Assembly (NCBI GenBank): GCA_040901675.1
Contig: JBBDYJ010000031.1
Location: 25,220 to 89,219, forward strand
Direction: 5' to 3'
DNA from: Pirellulales bacterium
GTDB taxonomy: Bacteria > Planctomycetota > Planctomycetia > Pirellulales > JAICIG01
DNA length: 64,000 bases
The translations under genes and the position numbers were made by a program. Positions 10,168 through 19,861 of this stretch are shown piece by piece (within the stretch, counting starts at the first letter, position 1; every line of letters begins with the position of its first letter). The notes under the pieces are model-generated. The model was not told the origin of the DNA. It worked only from the letters and a program-made list of their open reading frames with translations, and made no database searches.

Positions 10168-10191
10168 GCCCGTTAACCCCCGGCGCGATCT

Positions 10192-11112
10192 TCACCGGCC
10201 AAAGTCGAACAGCAAGGCTTGCTTTTCGTTGGCGGCGTCTTCGGCGGGATCGTTGAACCGCAACTCGGAATCTTTCGCGTAGGTCTTGTCCTTTTCGATC
10301 GCAATCCAGCGACGGCCGAGCTTCTCGGCCACGGCTCCGGTCGTGTTGGATCCCGCAAAGGGGTCGAGCACCAGGTCGCCCGGTTCGGTCAAGAAGTGGA
10401 TGAAAAACCGTGGCAGCTCGGCGGGAAAACGCGCCGGGTGGACCTTCTGGCCCTGCGCCTTCGACTCTTTGATGTAGCGGCTGTTCGATTCGTTGTTGCC
10501 GCACTCGATAAGATTCGGCGGAATTGAGCCGCCTTTGTCGGCGGAGAATTTGGTGGTGATGTTGTGCCCCGAGGGCCGCTTCGTTTGCTTGATGCCCCGC
10601 TTGATCAAGCGCTCCATGTCCTTGCTGTACGCTTGGAGCACTTTGTTGTTATCCGCCTTGGGGAATTTCGACGTCGAAAGCCAAAAGATGTACTCGACCG
10701 AGTCCTTGACCCGCATCCGCCGGACATTGACCCACTCGGCGGGGGCCGGCATCTTGGCGGGATTGTACCAGAAGAACTCCTGGCACAGGTGGAAACCAAG
10801 GTCATCGCAGAGGGCCAGCAACAGCCGAAAATGATACAGCGACCGGATCGGCGCGCCTGGTTCCCAGGCGCCACCCAAGTTCAGCACGAAGCTGCCATCC
10901 GGTTTCAACAGCCGCCTGACCTGCTTGGCAAAGGGAAGGAACCATTGAACGTACTGCTTCTGCTCCGCGTTGCCGTATTCTTTCTTGAAGTGCAGCGCGT
11001 ACGGCGGTGAAGTCACCACGAGATCGACACTGGCATCGGGCAACGTCGGCAGCAACTCTAAGCTATCGGCGCAGTACGCCTTGCCTAGATCGGTTTGATA
11101 GAGGAGTTTCAT
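10192..11112 (-). CDS. Site-specific DNA methyltransferase, beta-class N4-cytosine type, M.PvuII-like
   Basis: Motif IV TSPPY near the N-terminus, motif [11 protein letters not shown] near the C-terminus; [25 protein letters not shown] segments match my recollection of M.PvuII; ATG overlaps the upstream stop. Confidence 0.92.
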   Translation of the reverse strand: MKLLYQTDLGKAYCADSLELLPTLPDASVDLVVTSPPYALHFKKEYGNAEQKQYVQWFLPFAKQVRRLLKPDGSFVLNLGGAWEPGAPIRSLYHFRLLLALCDDLGFHLCQEFFWYNPAKMPAPAEWVNVRRMRVKDSVEYIFWLSTSKFPKADNNKVLQAYSKDMERLIKRGIKQTKRPSGHNITTKFSADKGGSIPPNLIECGNNESNSRYIKESKAQGQKVHPARFPAELPRFFIHFLTEPGDLVLDPFAGSNTTGAVAEKLGRRWIAIEKDKTYAKDSELRFNDPAEDAANEKQALLFDFGR

Positions 11113-11702
11113 CGGCAAGGTGGATCCGAAACGTGCTGCAAAAGCTCGCCGAGATCAGCATACCATGGGCGGGGATCGGCCGCACCTGGGAGCGGGACGC
11201 GCTGCATGACCGCCAGTTTTCCGGCGTGCCGGGCGTGGCAGATAAGGTCAATCGTGCGGACAAAAAGGAAGTCAGTCCAATTGCCCGTCTTCTTCCCCAG
11301 GCACACGCCGAGGATATGGTATTGGTCGATTCCGTAATACCGGCTCGTGGCGTCGGCCTTCGCCGCGCGGGTCTTCTGCGTCTCGACTTTGTAGGCAACG
11401 ATTTCGCCGCCCTTGCGATATGCTTCGCCACCTTTTTTGCCGCTTTCCCGGATATTCTTGCACTCTGCAAGGAGCGGCTTCGGCTGACCGGCCAACCAGA
11501 TCGAAAAGTCGGGATGCGCATCCAGGTCGTGGCCTTCATACCGCTCAATCAGCGTGCCCACGAGTGACCTGATCTTCTTTTCCATTTGGACTTCGGCAAC
11601 GGCCCCTTCAAGGGCCACCTTCAGCCGGAACCGCCGATTCACCGCGTCCAGCAGCTCGGCAGCCGTCAATCCGTACTTGAGTTCGAGCGGATGCTTCGCC
11701 AT
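11109..11702 (-). CDS. Putative type II restriction endonuclease (PD-(D/E)xK)
   Basis: GAVAE..HPDFSI..LAECKN; ATGA coupling with the methyltransferase. Confidence 0.7.
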   Translation of the reverse strand: MAKHPLELKYGLTAAELLDAVNRRFRLKVALEGAVAEVQMEKKIRSLVGTLIERYEGHDLDAHPDFSIWLAGQPKPLLAECKNIRESGKKGGEAYRKGGEIVAYKVETQKTRAAKADATSRYYGIDQYHILGVCLGKKTGNWTDFLFVRTIDLICHARHAGKLAVMQRVPLPGAADPRPWYADLGELLQHVSDPPCR

Positions 11703-11907
11703 TCCATGGCCCTATTGCGGTGCTCCTTCACCGCGGCAGAATCTACCAACAATCGACGAATGGGCCAAGGCGACAGTTGAAAACCCGCCGTTAGGGTGAC
11801 TCTGGACCGAAGGCTGAGCGTATTCTCCTTACTGTCGCCCGCGTCCGGCGTTTACGGTCCTGATTCGATCCGCTGGCTGCCGTTTGCGGAAAAATCGGAA
11901 AATCCGC

Positions 11908-11954
11908 TTGCAATCACCTACAAGTGTCAGTATGGTTGCCGACGGGCGTAGGTG
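11908..11954 (+). promoter_or_regulatory. sigma70 promoter overlapped by two BlaI/CopY-type operator boxes
   Basis: TTGCAA-N17-TATGGT; CCTACAAGTGTCAG and CCGACGGGCGTAGG resemble TACA-N2-TGTA; outer inverted repeat CACCTAC/GTAGGTG. Confidence 0.7.
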
Positions 11955-11971
11955 ACTGCCGGGAGGCTGCT

Positions 11972-12355
11972 TTGAAAAAATTGCCGCCGCTGTCCGAATC
12001 GCAGCTCGAAATCATGGACGTCGTCTGGGACCGGGGCCAGGTCACGGTGGGCGAGGTCTGGAAGCAACTCGCCGGGCGCCGCAAGGTGGCACGCAACACC
12101 GTGCTCACGCTCATGGAGCGCCTGGCCAAGAAAGGCTGGCTGCGCCGCAAGGCCGACGGACACGTCTACCGCTACACGGCCGCCCACCCCCGCGACGCCA
12201 CCCTCAAGCAGCTCGTGGGACGACTGGTCGACTCGGCCTTCCGCGGCTCCGCCGAGGGCCTGGTGATGACGCTGCTCAACGGCCGAAGCATTACGGCCGA
12301 AGAGGCGAACCGCATCCGTCAATTGATCGATCGAGCCAGGGGGACCCGAAAATGA
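11972..12355 (+). CDS. BlaI/MecI/CopY family transcriptional repressor
   Basis: GGAGG + TTG start; LSESQLEIMDVVW, NTVLTLMERLAKKGWL. Confidence 0.92.
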   Translation: MKKLPPLSESQLEIMDVVWDRGQVTVGEVWKQLAGRRKVARNTVLTLMERLAKKGWLRRKADGHVYRYTAAHPRDATLKQLVGRLVDSAFRGSAEGLVMTLLNGRSITAEEANRIRQLIDRARGTRK

Positions 12356-15054
12356 ACCTGATCACGCGGCTTTATCCGGGCGACGCGCTGGCCATCGCCG
12401 CGGTCAACGTGCTGGTGCAAACCGCCGGCGTCGTTCTCGTGGCGGTCCTACTGTCTCTCATGCTGCGGCGGTGCCCCGCGGCGCGGCACGCGGTCTGGCT
12501 TTGCGCGCTGGGCTACTTTCTGGCTGCGCCTGCGGTCGTCTTGATCGTCGAGCAAGGCCGAATCAACTTGCCTTTCCCCGGGCCGTTCCGCATGGCCCAG
12601 CCGCCAGAGCAGGCGATCGCCGTGAAGATCGAGGGCGCTACAGCTCAGCAGCCGGGAGTAAACGGCGAGCAGCCGATCATGAAAACGGCGCTTGCCGTTG
12701 GGCCGGCCGCCCCACCATCGAAGGCTATGCCTGCGGTGGAGACAGCGCGAGAGCCGCGGCAAAGCCTCTGGCCGACCGTTGACCTGCTGCGCGCCGGTGT
12801 TGGAATCGGCATTTGGGTTTGGGCGGCGGGGGCCTGCATCCTGCTGGCGCGGCTGGTTCACGGCTGCCGGATGGTCCGATCGTTGGCCCAAGAGCTCGAG
12901 CCGCTGGACACCCGCCGCTGGGACGGCATGCTCGACGCACTGCGGCAACGGCTGGGCGATCGGAGCTTGCCGCACATCGGCCTTTCTGCTTCAGTCGCCG
13001 GCCCCTTGCTGCTGGGTCTGCGGAGGCCGACCATTGTCCTGCCGGCCGATGTGGCGCCGGATGCCGGCTTCCGGCAGCTTCTGGACGTGCTGGTACACGA
13101 GTGCGCCCACGTCGGCCGGCGGGACCAGTGGGTAGGCCTGGCACAGCGGCTGCTCTCGATCGTCTACTGGCCGCACCTCCTGTTGCACTATGCCAACCGG
13201 CAGCTCGACCGGGCCCGCGAAGAGGTCTGCGACAACTATGTACTGGCCCAGGCCGACGCGCCTGCTTATGCCGAGACGCTGCTCGCTTTCGCCCAGAGAT
13301 ACCGGCCGCTTGCAATCCCGGCCACTTCATTGGCGTTCATCGCCTCGCGCTGGCGGCTCGACCAGCGCGTGGCCGGGCTGTTGGATTCGCACCGCGACCG
13401 CGCCGTTCGCTCGCCTCGCCTGGTGGTCATGGCGATGGCTGCGCTGTTTTTGACGGTTGGAACGCTGCTAGCCGCCGCTGGACCCGCCGAGCCGAATGAG
13501 CCTGCGCCCGCCGAGGCTGGCGACCGGCCGGCGGAAACGCCGAACGAGGCAACCAAGCGCGATCTGGGCTCCAAGTCCGACGAGGCCGCTGGGAGCAAAG
13601 AGTCTCGAGCCTGGTACATCCTGTCTCAAACCGACACAGGCTGGCTTCTGCACGGCATGCCGCAGCGCCTGGCCGCCGTGGCCACGCGCTCCCCGCCGGA
13701 TTCACCTGCCTGGCAAGGCGTCGACGGCGGCGGCCAACTCGAGCTCGATCTGGAAGTGGAAGGCGAGGTGGAGGGGGAAATCCTGGTAGGCTTCTTTACT
13801 GACGCCCGCTGGTGGCGGAGCGAACCGGTCCAGGTCCGCCGGTTCCCGAAGCCGGGGCGGTACACCGTCGAGCGGTTGATTCCCGGCCGCTACCACCTCG
13901 GTGCGGCGATCGGCCTGCCGCCGGACCATCGGGCCTTGGGAGTCCACCGCACCTGGCCGGAGACCGTTGAGATCAAGGCCGGGCAGACGGTTAGCGCTGA
14001 TGTCCGTGTGTCGCCGAAGTTCCGAGACAACAACCAGTTGGGCCCCGACGCCTTTGCGGGCGACTTGAGCAAGATCGACTTTAAACGGGCGGTGTCCGTG
14101 CGGGCGTTGGATTCAACTGGCAAGCCGCTTCCATTCTGCCGCCTGACCGTTTGGGAACGTTTCAAGCAACCGGACCGGATCGAGCACCACGAACTTGGCA
14201 CAGATGAAGAGGGTATGGCTTACTTCGATACGGTCGACGGGCCGTTTTCGTTGTCTTTGGCGCACTACGATACCCAGCCGGAGCGCATGGCCTGTCTTGG
14301 CGAGTACAGACGGTTCAAGGATGTCTACGACTCGCGTGGAGGCCTGGCTGTCACGCTCCATTGGGAGCCGCCAACCAACGGCACGGGCACGGTGTCGGGC
14401 GAAGTACACGACCAGCACGGCAAGCCGCTGACTGAATATTACCTGACGTTGACGCGCGATGTCGGCGACCGCCGGACCAACAACGGTGATTTTTACTCTC
14501 AATGGATCAAGCTGCCCGTCACGGATGCAGAAGGACGCTTCGAGGTCGACGCCCTGCCCGCTGGTGAATATACAGTCTTGGTTGTGCACTTCGATATCGC
14601 GACGCACGCGTGGACGTTTGACGGTCCCAAGTTCACGATCCCCAGCACCCCGCACGCGCGCGTCAACTTGAACGTCGAGGTCGAGGCCAAGGAACTTCTC
14701 TATGGCCGAGCGACCTACAAAGATGGTGAGCCGATACAGGGGGGCCGCTGGCATGCCCGCTTCACGCATCGGATCGGCCCCAGCGGCGGCGAGTACTCCA
14801 ACGGCCCAATCGAGCCGGACGGTTCATTCCGCGTGACCTTGTCCCGGGCCGAGCGCGCGAAGCTGATGGCCAACTCCGGCGGTCAGATCGAAGTCCGCTC
14901 GTACGGCAAGAAGGAAGAGCGCGACAGGACAAAATGGCAGACAATCAAGATCCACATCGACCAGTTGTCAAAGGATCCGCGCCAGCCGACCGTGGTCAAG
15001 TTCAAGCGTCCAGGGCCCTCGCAGCCGGATGAATCGGACGAGCTGCCCGAGTAG
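12352..15054 (+). CDS. BlaR1-like M56 metallopeptidase with extracellular beta-sandwich (carboxypeptidase regulatory-like) domains
   Basis: ATGA overlap with blaI; RHAVWL, HECAH, REEVCD motifs; GTVSGEVHDQHGKPL..TDAEGRF repeats. Confidence 0.9.
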   Translation: MNLITRLYPGDALAIAAVNVLVQTAGVVLVAVLLSLMLRRCPAARHAVWLCALGYFLAAPAVVLIVEQGRINLPFPGPFRMAQPPEQAIAVKIEGATAQQPGVNGEQPIMKTALAVGPAAPPSKAMPAVETAREPRQSLWPTVDLLRAGVGIGIWVWAAGACILLARLVHGCRMVRSLAQELEPLDTRRWDGMLDALRQRLGDRSLPHIGLSASVAGPLLLGLRRPTIVLPADVAPDAGFRQLLDVLVHECAHVGRRDQWVGLAQRLLSIVYWPHLLLHYANRQLDRAREEVCDNYVLAQADAPAYAETLLAFAQRYRPLAIPATSLAFIASRWRLDQRVAGLLDSHRDRAVRSPRLVVMAMAALFLTVGTLLAAAGPAEPNEPAPAEAGDRPAETPNEATKRDLGSKSDEAAGSKESRAWYILSQTDTGWLLHGMPQRLAAVATRSPPDSPAWQGVDGGGQLELDLEVEGEVEGEILVGFFTDARWWRSEPVQVRRFPKPGRYTVERLIPGRYHLGAAIGLPPDHRALGVHRTWPETVEIKAGQTVSADVRVSPKFRDNNQLGPDAFAGDLSKIDFKRAVSVRALDSTGKPLPFCRLTVWERFKQPDRIEHHELGTDEEGMAYFDTVDGPFSLSLAHYDTQPERMACLGEYRRFKDVYDSRGGLAVTLHWEPPTNGTGTVSGEVHDQHGKPLTEYYLTLTRDVGDRRTNNGDFYSQWIKLPVTDAEGRFEVDALPAGEYTVLVVHFDIATHAWTFDGPKFTIPSTPHARVNLNVEVEAKELLYGRATYKDGEPIQGGRWHARFTHRIGPSGGEYSNGPIEPDGSFRVTLSRAERAKLMANSGGQIEVRSYGKKEERDRTKWQTIKIHIDQLSKDPRQPTVVKFKRPGPSQPDESDELPE

Positions 15055-15176
15055 CCTGATGCCGTGGATGGAGTGTAGGGGCTCTTTGACCGCGCTAGCG
15101 CCTGGTCGATACGCGCGCCCTGAAGTCGAACAGGCTTGCTTTCGTTGGCGGCGTCTTCGTAGTTTTCCTTGCTGGT

Positions 15177-16016
15177 GCCCCTTCGGGCAACGGACTTTGC
15201 GTCCGGCCGATTCAGTCCCGAAAGGCAAAAACAACTCAATCCCATACGTATCGTTCATCGAATTCGATCCCGTGGCGTTTGAGCAACGCACGCAGCTCGT
15301 CCTGGAACGTCAGTTTGCGGTGATGCTCTTGCTGGGTCTCGATGTATCGCTTCACCTCGTCGAGATTGGACTGGCTCACGGAGAACGCGGCGTATCCGGC
15401 TTGCCAACAGAACTCCGCCATTCGTGGTCCTCGCGTTTTCATCCATTTCGAGCTTCCCTTTTTGACCTCCTCGACAATCTTCTTCAGCGCATGGTTTTTC
15501 GAGAGCGAGAACAGGGCGTGGACGTGATCTTCGACGCCGCCGATTGCCAGCGCGGGGCTTTCCCATTCCTTGAGAATCCCCGCCTGGTACGCGTGCAACG
15601 CATCGCGATCTGCCTCGCGAATCCAGCGCTGATGGTGCTTGGTGCTATAGACGAGATGAATCAGGTTCTTCACGAGCGATTGGGACATGTCGGTGGTACT
15701 CGGCTTGTGCCGCCCTTTCAGGGCTGCCGCGATGTTTGGTCATCTCTCTCCCCAGGGCGTTGCCCTGGGCTGATATGTTGCGCCCCTTCGGGGCAACGGA
15801 CGTTCGGGCCGATTTCAAACCACGCGAGCCCCGGAAAGCCTTGTTGAGAAAGATATCGGCCATCGCCGCGTCGCGATATCGCGCAACCATTCTCCGCCCC
15901 GAAGGGGCCCAACAGATCAGCCCGCGGGCAGAGCGCAGCGGCGTCAGCCGCGTAGCGCCGCCCCGGGATCGCCCCAGGTACACCCTTCTTCCATACCAGC
16001 CCTGCAAGGGCGAAAC
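15177..16016. mobile_element. IS200-like / REP-associated element: Y1 transposase within a palindrome cluster
   Basis: GCCCCTTCGGG(G)C, CGCCCTTTCAGGGC, CCCAGGGCGTTGCCCTGGG, GCCCCGAAGGGGC, GCCCTGCAAGGGC; imperfect direct repeats 15177-15214 / 15782-15817. Confidence 0.7.
15236..15688 (-). CDS. tnpA: IS200/IS605 family HUH (Y1) transposase, no tnpB
   Basis: IHLVYSTK, EDHVH (HUH), WQAGYAAFSVS, YIETQQEHH catalytic Tyr. Confidence 0.93.
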   Translation of the reverse strand: MSQSLVKNLIHLVYSTKHHQRWIREADRDALHAYQAGILKEWESPALAIGGVEDHVHALFSLSKNHALKKIVEEVKKGSSKWMKTRGPRMAEFCWQAGYAAFSVSQSNLDEVKRYIETQQEHHRKLTFQDELRALLKRHGIEFDERYVWD

Positions 16017-16056
16017 AAGCTGCGCCGCCGCTGGCCGCCGCTGGTTGGGCCGCCCT

Positions 16057-16524
16057 TTACCTCGCCTGGATCGGATCGAACATCACGCTGTAACGCACCC
16101 GCACGTGGGGGAGCGATTGCTCAATCCTCTCGCCGTACCCCCGGTGAAACGCGTCCATGTCGACGATTTGCAGGTGCCCAAAGGTCTGGAACTGATCGAG
16201 CACCTGCTGAAACTCTTCCTCGGTCAGCGTGCGGTAGATCGATATCGCCGCCACGTCGTGCATCGCGCCGTGACCCAGCACGTCCTGGCACCAGGCGTCG
16301 AAACGGGGCGACACCCGGCGAGCCATCCGGCCAAGACGGTTCGGGCTGTACTGATACGTGAGCACCCCCAGCTTCGCTAACTCGGCCACCGACTGCTCTC
16401 GCTCGCGGCCCCGCTCGACCTCGACGTGCAGCCACCAGGAACAGGCCGCGGCCAGGAACACCAGGCCGAGCAATCCCCTGAGGCTGAAACGGGCCCAGCG
16501 ATGCTTGGACGGCTGGCTCGTCAT
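16057..16524 (-). CDS. Planctomycete-type membrane-anchored hypothetical protein
   Basis: RFSLRGLL + TM N-terminus; degenerate LRR-like C-terminus ending ..SLPHVRV. Confidence 0.7.
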   Translation of the reverse strand: MTSQPSKHRWARFSLRGLLGLVFLAAACSWWLHVEVERGREREQSVAELAKLGVLTYQYSPNRLGRMARRVSPRFDAWCQDVLGHGAMHDVAAISIYRTLTEEEFQQVLDQFQTFGHLQIVDMDAFHRGYGERIEQSLPHVRVRYSVMFDPIQAR

Positions 16525-16569
16525 GGCAGGCGCTGTCCTTCGACGTGGCTCACCATACACTCGACTTTC

Positions 16570-18234
16570 CTAGAGCCAGACCAGGCCGGCCGCAACGATC
16601 AGGGCCAGCAGGGCCGCCGACCAGGTGATGGTGTACAGGATCATGCGGCGGCGGACCTTCGAGTCGAAGCGGGGCTGGCTGTACACCAGCCGGGCCAGCG
16701 AGCAGTCGTCGTCGGGCGGCTGGCCAATTGGGACCGCGGCCGGCCCGCCGGGCTGCCCGCGGTGAGCAGCGTCTGCCGCGCGTGCGCGCCGTCGCCGCGC
16801 CAGCCGCGCCAGCCGCCGGCATCGCTCGTCGAGCTCGCGGCAGCGCTGCTCGAGTTCGTCCGCCGCCGACCGCAACCGGAGATACTCGTGTTCCCGGCGG
16901 CCCGCCTCGGCCCGCTCAGCTTCCTCCCGGCGCGCCTGCCGCTGGAGCTCCTGGTTCTCGGAGATCGCCTGCCCGAGCTGGTCCCGCAGACCCTGCTCGC
17001 GCCCAGCAGCGTCGGCCGCTTGCCGCGTGGAGGCGGATGGAAGCGCCTCGAGATCGGCCAGCCGCCGGCTGAGCTGCTCGACCTGGCCGGCCAGCGCGTC
17101 GCGCTCGCCGCGGACGAGGCCGTCCTCCTGCTGGAGCCTGCTGAGCGATTGCCGCAGGCTTGCCAGCTCCCGCAGCAGCTCGTCGCCGCGAGCTCGCTCT
17201 TGGCGCGATTGCCGAACATGGCGGTGCAGCGCCGGCGGGTCGGCGGCAGGCGCCCGGCTGGCACGAAGCTGCTCGGCCAACTCGGCTGCCCGGCGAATCA
17301 GTTGCTCTATCTCGGCGGCGTGCTGCTCTTCCTGTTCAAGCCTTCGGCGCTCTTGCTCTTCGCGCTCGGCGGCCAGCCGCGCATCCAGCTCTTTGATCTG
17401 CCGTTGCAGGTCCGCGGTGTCCGGTTGACGCTCCACCGGCGACGGCACCGTCACGGCCGGCGGGCTGGTGTTTCCGTCACCTTCACCGTTGCTCGGCCGA
17501 CCATTGTCGCAACCTGGCAGCGGCCAGATCAACCTGGCGGCCGCCGCGCCGCCTTCCACGGGCACAACGACCGTTGGGTTTTCGTCCAGGTACGTCAAAC
17601 GCACCTCTCCCAGGCTCAACGTCTCACCCGGCAAGACGCGGCTGCTGTCGATCCAGCGGCCATTGAGCCGGGTGCCGTTGGCGCTCAGCAGGTTCACGGC
17701 CCACAGGCACTGGCCGTCCCAAAACAGCACGCAGTGGTAGGTGGCGACCGTCGGATGCGACAAGCGAATGCGGCACCGGGCGCCGCGGCCGACCAGCGTC
17801 AACGGACTCGCCAGGCGGGCGGTTGCCGGGCGCCGCCCGCGGTCCTTTTCCACCAGCATCCGGGGCGCCGCGCCGAGCGGATCGGCAGGCCGCCCGGCCG
17901 GTAAAGGCGCGTCGTCCAGATCGGCCATGACACGGTATTTTCCCAGCCGCGCGAACTTGCGTCGAGCGAGCCATCCGCTGGGCAATGGTCCCGCCGTGTG
18001 CGGTGACTGCAGGGCCAGGCAGTAGATCCGCTCGCCGGCGCCGTGCAGATAGAGGCTGACCGGCGGGAAGCGGCTCTCGGGCAAGACCAGCTCGGCGTCG
18101 GTGTGGCTTCCCAGCCGCGCAAACGGCTTGTCCACCTCCGCCGCGAGCATCGTCCCGCTCGGGCCTCGCAGGCTGACCCGGATGTGAGCCGGACACCAAA
18201 AGCCCTCAGGCATGGCTATTGCGGCCTTCTCCAT
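16570..18234 (-). CDS. FHA-domain coiled-coil protein with C-terminal membrane anchor
   Basis: LVGRGARCRIRL..YHC..SANGTRLNG FHA; second degenerate FHA at the N-terminus; long coiled coil; terminal TM helix. Confidence 0.8.
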   Translation of the reverse strand: MEKAAIAMPEGFWCPAHIRVSLRGPSGTMLAAEVDKPFARLGSHTDAELVLPESRFPPVSLYLHGAGERIYCLALQSPHTAGPLPSGWLARRKFARLGKYRVMADLDDAPLPAGRPADPLGAAPRMLVEKDRGRRPATARLASPLTLVGRGARCRIRLSHPTVATYHCVLFWDGQCLWAVNLLSANGTRLNGRWIDSSRVLPGETLSLGEVRLTYLDENPTVVVPVEGGAAAARLIWPLPGCDNGRPSNGEGDGNTSPPAVTVPSPVERQPDTADLQRQIKELDARLAAEREEQERRRLEQEEQHAAEIEQLIRRAAELAEQLRASRAPAADPPALHRHVRQSRQERARGDELLRELASLRQSLSRLQQEDGLVRGERDALAGQVEQLSRRLADLEALPSASTRQAADAAGREQGLRDQLGQAISENQELQRQARREEAERAEAGRREHEYLRLRSAADELEQRCRELDERCRRLARLARRRRARAADAAHRGQPGGPAAVPIGQPPDDDCSLARLVYSQPRFDSKVRRRMILYTITWSAALLALIVAAGLVWL

Positions 18235-18494
18235 GGCGTCAAGTATAACAACGTTGCCCCGCTACGCCCGGCCAGGGGCGGCCTGGTTTCGACAGAACTT
18301 TTGGCCGCCGAGCGTCGTCCTATGTAAGCGTCGTCCGTGGGCCCGGCCCGTTGAACCGGGACCGCAACCCCCAATAGACTGGTAGACGCCACAACAGGTG
18401 CACGAGGCATCGGCCCGCACCGCCCGCCGCCGGGGCGCGGACGGGCCGGTTCACCCGTGGCGTGCGATGGCTCTCTGGACGCGGGGAGGGGAAC

Positions 18495-18890
18495 ATGAAG
18501 GACGTGTTCGGGCATAGCCGGACCAGTCAGCAATGGACCGTCCAGGTCACCTACCCGCGGGCCATGCGCCCGCAGCACACCGACACCTTTTGCACCTGGT
18601 GGACCAAGACGGGCGCCACGCTGGGGTCGGTCCGCTCCGGCACCGACACCAAGGACGGGAACGCCGAAGTGCTGATCGAGCTATTCCTCTTCGACGGTTT
18701 CGAACAAGCCAAGAGCTTCTGCAGCTACACGTGCTCGCAGTTCGATAAGTGGTCGGGGCCGGGCAGCGAGCACCGCTACACCGTCAAGCTCCGCGGGCAG
18801 GTGAAGTTCAAAGACAAGACCGAAGGCCGCGTCGGCGAAAACCATCCTGCAAGGAAGAAGGAAGAAGGCAAACCCGGAGAGCCGGGGTGA
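18495..18890 (+). CDS. Hypothetical protein
   Basis: GGAGG RBS, strong GC3 codon bias, no recognisable family. Confidence 0.6.
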   Translation: MKDVFGHSRTSQQWTVQVTYPRAMRPQHTDTFCTWWTKTGATLGSVRSGTDTKDGNAEVLIELFLFDGFEQAKSFCSYTCSQFDKWSGPGSEHRYTVKLRGQVKFKDKTEGRVGENHPARKKEEGKPGEPG

Positions 18891-18924
18891 AGGGGCTCCA
18901 CCTACCCACGCATCGGCTCCGAGT

Positions 18925-18975
18925 CCGGAATATCTACCCCGGAATATCTACCCGGAATATCTACCCGGAATATCT
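18925..18975. repeat. 13-bp tandem repeat x4
   Basis: CCGGAATATCTAC units, one with an extra C. Confidence 0.9.
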
Positions 18976-19724
18976 CAGTCGGGCGGAGGACTCGACAGGT
19001 TGGTTCGGATCCGCGGTGCGCTGGCCGACCGCCTGCCGTTGCCGCCCAGCCGAGCCGACCCGTTGCCGGCTCGGCCGTCGTGTCTTCCCCCACGTCCATC
19101 GGCCTGCCTGGCAGCTCGGCCATCGGCAGGCTTGCTATTGGAGTTGAGCAGCTCCACTGCGTTGAGAATAGTCTGGGCCGTTTCAGTCAATGACTTGTTC
19201 TTGCTCGCCGCCAGTTTCTCCAACCGGGCGACGGCTGTACTCTCGTCCACCCCCAGGTGCTTCATCAGCAGACCCTTAGCCCGTTCGAGCAGCTTCCGGT
19301 CCGACAGGGCCTGTCTCAACTCGGCCGTCTCTCGCTTGAGCGACTGGCACTCTTCGAACCGCCGGACAGCCAGGGCAATGGCCGCTTCAAGCTGGGGCTG
19401 GGTGATCGGCTTGACCAGGTAAGCCAGGATCTGGTTGTGCTCGGCCCGGTCGATCAAGGCGCGGTCGCAGTGTCCGGACACAACGATCACCGGCATGGCG
19501 ATCGATCGGCCGACCAGGTCGATGGCGTCCAGGCCGTCCAGGTCAGGCATTCGGATATCGGTGAGCACCAGGTCGGGCGGCGCCGCCAGGCACTCCGAGA
19601 CCAGTTGTCTGCCGGTCACGACCGCGAACACCACCTTGTGGCCTAACCCTTCCAGCATCCGCCGCAGCACGTCGCGGGTTGCCGGGTCGTCTTCAGCAAT
19701 TCCGACTCGCATTGGAACACCCAT
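18975..19724 (-). CDS. ANTAR-domain response regulator (AmiR/NasT/PdtaR type)
   Basis: REC: IAEDD, LVLTDIRMPDLDG, AYLVKP; ANTAR: ALSDRKLLERAKGLLM; GGGAGG RBS. Confidence 0.92.
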   Translation of the reverse strand: MGVPMRVGIAEDDPATRDVLRRMLEGLGHKVVFAVVTGRQLVSECLAAPPDLVLTDIRMPDLDGLDAIDLVGRSIAMPVIVVSGHCDRALIDRAEHNQILAYLVKPITQPQLEAAIALAVRRFEECQSLKRETAELRQALSDRKLLERAKGLLMKHLGVDESTAVARLEKLAASKNKSLTETAQTILNAVELLNSNSKPADGRAARQADGRGGRHDGRAGNGSARLGGNGRRSASAPRIRTNLSSPPPD

Positions 19725-19861
19725 CCGACCGCCCTCCCGACCATTGTCGTGTTGCAACTCAACTGTGTAAATGTTCACGGATTGCGGTGGCGACATGACC
19801 TTGCCTGATCATCAGGTTGCTTTGCGCCCCAGCATCGGGCCCGACTGCGGGCACTCTGCTA

